This document shows, piece by piece, positions 60,956 to 64,000 of a stretch of 64,000 bases of DNA (positions are counted from its first letter, which is position 1; each line of letters begins with the position of its first letter). A program made the translations under genes and the position numbers. The notes below the pieces were generated by a model, which worked only from the letters and a program-made list of their open reading frames with translations, made no database searches and was not told where the DNA came from. This DNA comes from Candidatus Limnocylindrus sp. (lineage in GTDB: Bacteria > Chloroflexota > Limnocylindria > Limnocylindrales > Limnocylindraceae), in the NCBI GenBank assembly GCA_040397175.1, contig JBBAWM010000002.1, positions 160,001-224,000 of the forward strand, in the 5' to 3' direction.

Positions 60956-62001
60956 CCGCCTGCGTGCGGGAGATCGTCGCTTTCAGGGGCGGCTGGCGCT
61001 GCAGCGTCGGCTGGAACTGGCGCGACAGGGTCGCTGGACGCCGTGGGTAGGGCCCCAAGCACTGGCACAGACTGTGCCGTGAACGGGCGCTGACCAAGCG
61101 CCTCGAAGAGGAGGACGGAGCCTGCGACGGCGGCGTTCAGGCTGGCGACCTTCCCCGCCATCGGGATGCGGACGAAGAGGTCGACCCTGCGACGAACCGC
61201 GGGCGAAAGCCCTCGGCCTTCGGCCCCGATCACGATGCAGAGTGGCCCACGCAGGTCCGCCTCGCGATATCCCTGGGCCGCCTCTGCCTCGGCACCGACC
61301 ACCCGAATGCCTCGCAGACGCAGGGCCGTGAGCTCGTCAGCGAGATTCTCGACCCGTGCGACCAAGAGGTGCTCGACCGCACCGGCGCTCGCCTTGATGG
61401 CGGCTGGCGAGAGGGGGGCGGCCCCCTTGCTGCCGATCAGGAGCCCGTGCACCCCGACCGCCTCGGCGCTCCGGATCAAGCTGCCGAAGTTCTGGGGGTC
61501 CTCTACCCCGTCGAGGGCCAATAGGAAGGGGGGCTCTCCACGCGACACGGCGCGGGCCAGCAGGTCTTCGGGGGCGGCCTCGGGGCGCCGCCTCACGACC
61601 AGGGCCACCCCCTGGTGGCCATCGAACCCCGAAAGCTGGCCGATGAGGGCACCCTCGACCTCAATGATCGGGATGCGGAGGGCGGTGGCGTGCAGGACCA
61701 TCTGCTGCAGGGCATCACGCCGCTGCGGTACCACCAGGAGGCGGACCGCCTCGCGGCGAGCGGCGAAGGCCTCCTCAACTGGCCGGCGCCCCGCGATGAC
61801 CTCGTGTTCAGGGCCGACCATGCCCGCAACCTGGAGGGAGAGGGCACGTCGCGATGCCCACTGCTTCGCGCCACCGGCACTAAACGTCGGGCGCGCAGCG
61901 CCGGGTCGTGTGCCGAATGGCCCGCCGGGGCCGCCTGGGCGGGCGCCACCGGGACGGAAGCCCGCGGGGCGTGCGGGTCGCGGGCGCTGGTCGTCGCTCA
62001 T
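60952..62001 (-). CDS. rlmB: 23S rRNA Gm2251 methyltransferase RlmB (SPOUT)
   Basis: HQGVA, LDGVEDPQNFGSLIRSA, GAEGRG and IPMAGKVASLNAAVA motifs. Start trimmed to ATG 62001. Confidence 0.9.
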   Translation of the reverse strand: MSDDQRPRPARPAGFRPGGARPGGPGGPFGTRPGAARPTFSAGGAKQWASRRALSLQVAGMVGPEHEVIAGRRPVEEAFAARREAVRLLVVPQRRDALQQMVLHATALRIPIIEVEGALIGQLSGFDGHQGVALVVRRRPEAAPEDLLARAVSRGEPPFLLALDGVEDPQNFGSLIRSAEAVGVHGLLIGSKGAAPLSPAAIKASAGAVEHLLVARVENLADELTALRLRGIRVVGAEAEAAQGYREADLRGPLCIVIGAEGRGLSPAVRRRVDLFVRIPMAGKVASLNAAVAGSVLLFEALGQRPFTAQSVPVLGALPTASSDPVAPVPADAAAPAAPESDDLPHAGG

Positions 62002-63410
62002 GCCTGTGGTCCAGCCAGTCGCCAACGTTGCCCATCGCGACCGTCATCAATCAACACGCCGAGGAGCGCTAGCTCGTCGCGCAGCGCATCAGAGCGCGCC
62101 CAGTCCTTCGCGGCGCGCGCGGCAATGCGCTCCGAGAGCAGCGCTTCGGCACCGACCGGAAGTACCGCGCGTTCTGGCAGCACGGCGAAGACCAGATTGA
62201 TCTTCTCGAGCACAGCGATGAGCGCCTGCGCACCGGCGCCGCTGCAGTTGGCATCAAGGAGTCGATTCCCGTCGCGTACCAAATCGAAGAGCGCCGCGAG
62301 GGCTTCCGGGACCGCTAGGTCGTCGTCCATCGCAGCGGCGAATCGGTTCCAACTTGCTTCCGCGAGTGTCGCTACTCGCTGGTCGGCGTCCGCATCACCG
62401 GTTGTGATGGCGCTCCGTGCGCTCAGTGCGGCAACGAAGGCATCAATGCGCGCGATGGCCGATGCCGCTGCGGTAAGTGAGTCGTCGTTATAGTTGAGAT
62501 TGGTACGGTAGTGCGCGGAGATGAGCGCAAGGCGCAAGGCGCGAGGCTCTGCGCCGCTTGTGAGCAGGTCACTGACGCGCGAGATGTTGCCGAGTGACTT
62601 CGACATCTTGTCGCCTGAGACGTGCAGGTGCGCACAGTGCATCCAAGTTCCGACAAATGGCTTCCCAGTGGCTGCCTCAGATTGCGCAATCTCGTCTTCG
62701 TGATGCGGGAAGACGAGGTCAATCCCGCCCGTGTGCAAATCAAACGATTCGCCAAGGTAGCGCATGCTCATTGCCGAGCACTCGAGATGCCATCCTGGTC
62801 GCCCTGGGCCGAGCGGCCCATCCCATGAAGGCTCGCCGGGCTTCGCCGCCTTCCACAGGACAAAGTCGCGCACGTCATCCTTGCTGTACTCATCGGCCTC
62901 AACCCGCTCACCGACACGCATTGCCTCTGGGTCGAGGCGAGCGAGTCGCCCATACGCTGGCCACGAGGCAATCTTGAAGAAGATCGAACCGTCTTCAGTC
63001 CGATAGGCGTGCCCACGTTCCAGGAGCTGCTGTACGAGGGCGATCTGCTCGGGAATGTGCTCCGTGGCACGGGGCATCTCGTCTGGGGTCGTCATGCGCA
63101 AGGCGGCCATGTCAGCGCGGAAGACCGCCTCCCAGCGATCGGTGAGCGCGCGAATCTCGACGCCCTCCGCTGCCGCGGCACGGATGATCTTGTCGTCGAT
63201 GTCGGTTAGGTTCACCACCCAGCGCACCGTGCGGTCACTCGCTCGGAGCCAGCGCACGAGTGTGTCGGCGAAGAGGAAACTGCGGAAGTTACCGATATGT
63301 GCGGGTCCATAGATTGTTGGACCGCAGGAGTACACGCCGACCTGCCTTGGATCGAGTGGCGTGAAGGGTCGGGTCTCCCCACTCATCGTGTCCCGGAACT
63401 GCAAGCTCAC
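61998..63410 (-). CDS. cysS: Cysteinyl-tRNA synthetase
   Basis: CGPTIY, HIGN, GRPGWHLECSAM and KMSKS motifs. Confidence 0.97.
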   Translation of the reverse strand: MSLQFRDTMSGETRPFTPLDPRQVGVYSCGPTIYGPAHIGNFRSFLFADTLVRWLRASDRTVRWVVNLTDIDDKIIRAAAAEGVEIRALTDRWEAVFRADMAALRMTTPDEMPRATEHIPEQIALVQQLLERGHAYRTEDGSIFFKIASWPAYGRLARLDPEAMRVGERVEADEYSKDDVRDFVLWKAAKPGEPSWDGPLGPGRPGWHLECSAMSMRYLGESFDLHTGGIDLVFPHHEDEIAQSEAATGKPFVGTWMHCAHLHVSGDKMSKSLGNISRVSDLLTSGAEPRALRLALISAHYRTNLNYNDDSLTAAASAIARIDAFVAALSARSAITTGDADADQRVATLAEASWNRFAAAMDDDLAVPEALAALFDLVRDGNRLLDANCSGAGAQALIAVLEKINLVFAVLPERAVLPVGAEALLSERIAARAAKDWARSDALRDELALLGVLIDDGRDGQRWRLAGPQA

Positions 63411-64000
63411 TCGGCGGTACCCCTTCGCTGCGCTACAAGGATGGCGGCACAGCGAATCGCCTTGCCGGCACCCTCGTCGCCAACCAGATTACCGCTCGAC
63501 GCCTTGGCGCTAACGCGGTCAGCCGGAATGCCAAGCAGACTGGCCACATTCGCGCCAATCTCGTCGAGATGCGGGGCAAGCTTCGGCGCGCTGGCGGTGA
63601 TCAGCAGATCGACCCAGAGCGGCTGCACGCCGACCGCAGCGGCGCGTTGGACGCTTTCGGCGAGCAAGGTGCCACTCGCGACCCCCTTTGGTGTCGCCTC
63701 CGTTGCGGGGAAGAGTCGGCCCAAGTCACCAAGCCCCGCGGCGCCGATCAGGGCATCCGCCACCGCATGGAGGACGACGTCGCCATCAGAGTGCCCGATC
63801 AACGCTGGGCTCTCCGAGAAGGGGCGCCCACCGAGGTGCAACGTGCCGCTGGTGCCGACTGGGTGCGCATCGTCGCCCCACCCAACGCGAATCCGACTCC
63901 CAGGGAGCGACGCAAGGATTTCGCTGAACGAGACCGTGGGATCTGAGGGTCGCAGCATTGCCCCAACAGAGAGAAGGTCATCGGGCTCCGTCAGCTTGCG
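63407..64000 (-). CDS. ispF: IspF domain of a probable bifunctional IspDF (5' part outside the window)
   Basis: GWGDDAH, GHSDGDVVLHAVADA and GDLG..FP motifs. The frame stays open to the edge with RKLTEPDDL, resembling the IspD C-terminal K(I/L)T.P.DL. Confidence 0.85.
   Translation of the reverse strand, partial: RKLTEPDDLLSVGAMLRPSDPTVSFSEILASLPGSRIRVGWGDDAHPVGTSGTLHLGGRPFSESPALIGHSDGDVVLHAVADALIGAAGLGDLGRLFPATEATPKGVASGTLLAESVQRAAAVGVQPLWVDLLITASAPKLAPHLDEIGANVASLLGIPADRVSAKASSGNLVGDEGAGKAIRCAAILVAQRRGTAE

Overview
A GC-rich, very gene-dense bacterial core-genome window. Short spacers, many 4-bp ATGA/GTGA overlaps and protein features suggest a streamlined Chloroflexota, possibly Limnocylindria-like (inference, not a database result). 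From 12.8 kb to 64 kb every supported gene is on the minus strand: ispDF-cysS-rlmB, tRNA-Thr/Tyr/Thr-tuf-rpmG-tRNA-Trp-secE-nusG-rplKAJL-rpoBC, rpsLG-fusA-tuf, the S10/spc/alpha clusters, rplM-rpsI-glmM-glmS-acpS-alr-hypothetical-tsaE-tsaB-rimI-tsaD, an rsmA-ispE fusion, ridA, glmU and a CNNM/CBS protein. The left 12.8 kb holds a partial ftsB-like gene, a CapA-family lipoprotein, mtnN, murI, a SAM methyltransferase, an agmatinase-family enzyme, a UvrD-nuclease fusion, crcB, recO and a polyprenyl synthase. I saw no mobile element, CRISPR array, rRNA or convincing new multi-gene system. The best leads are smaller: the RsmA-IspE fusion, leaderless and bidirectional -10 promoters, natural RpoB H526S and S12 G91S-equivalent substitutions, two apparently identical tuf direct repeats, a CTG-start methyltransferase, a degenerate 556-aa gene between alr and tsaE, and several structured leaders.
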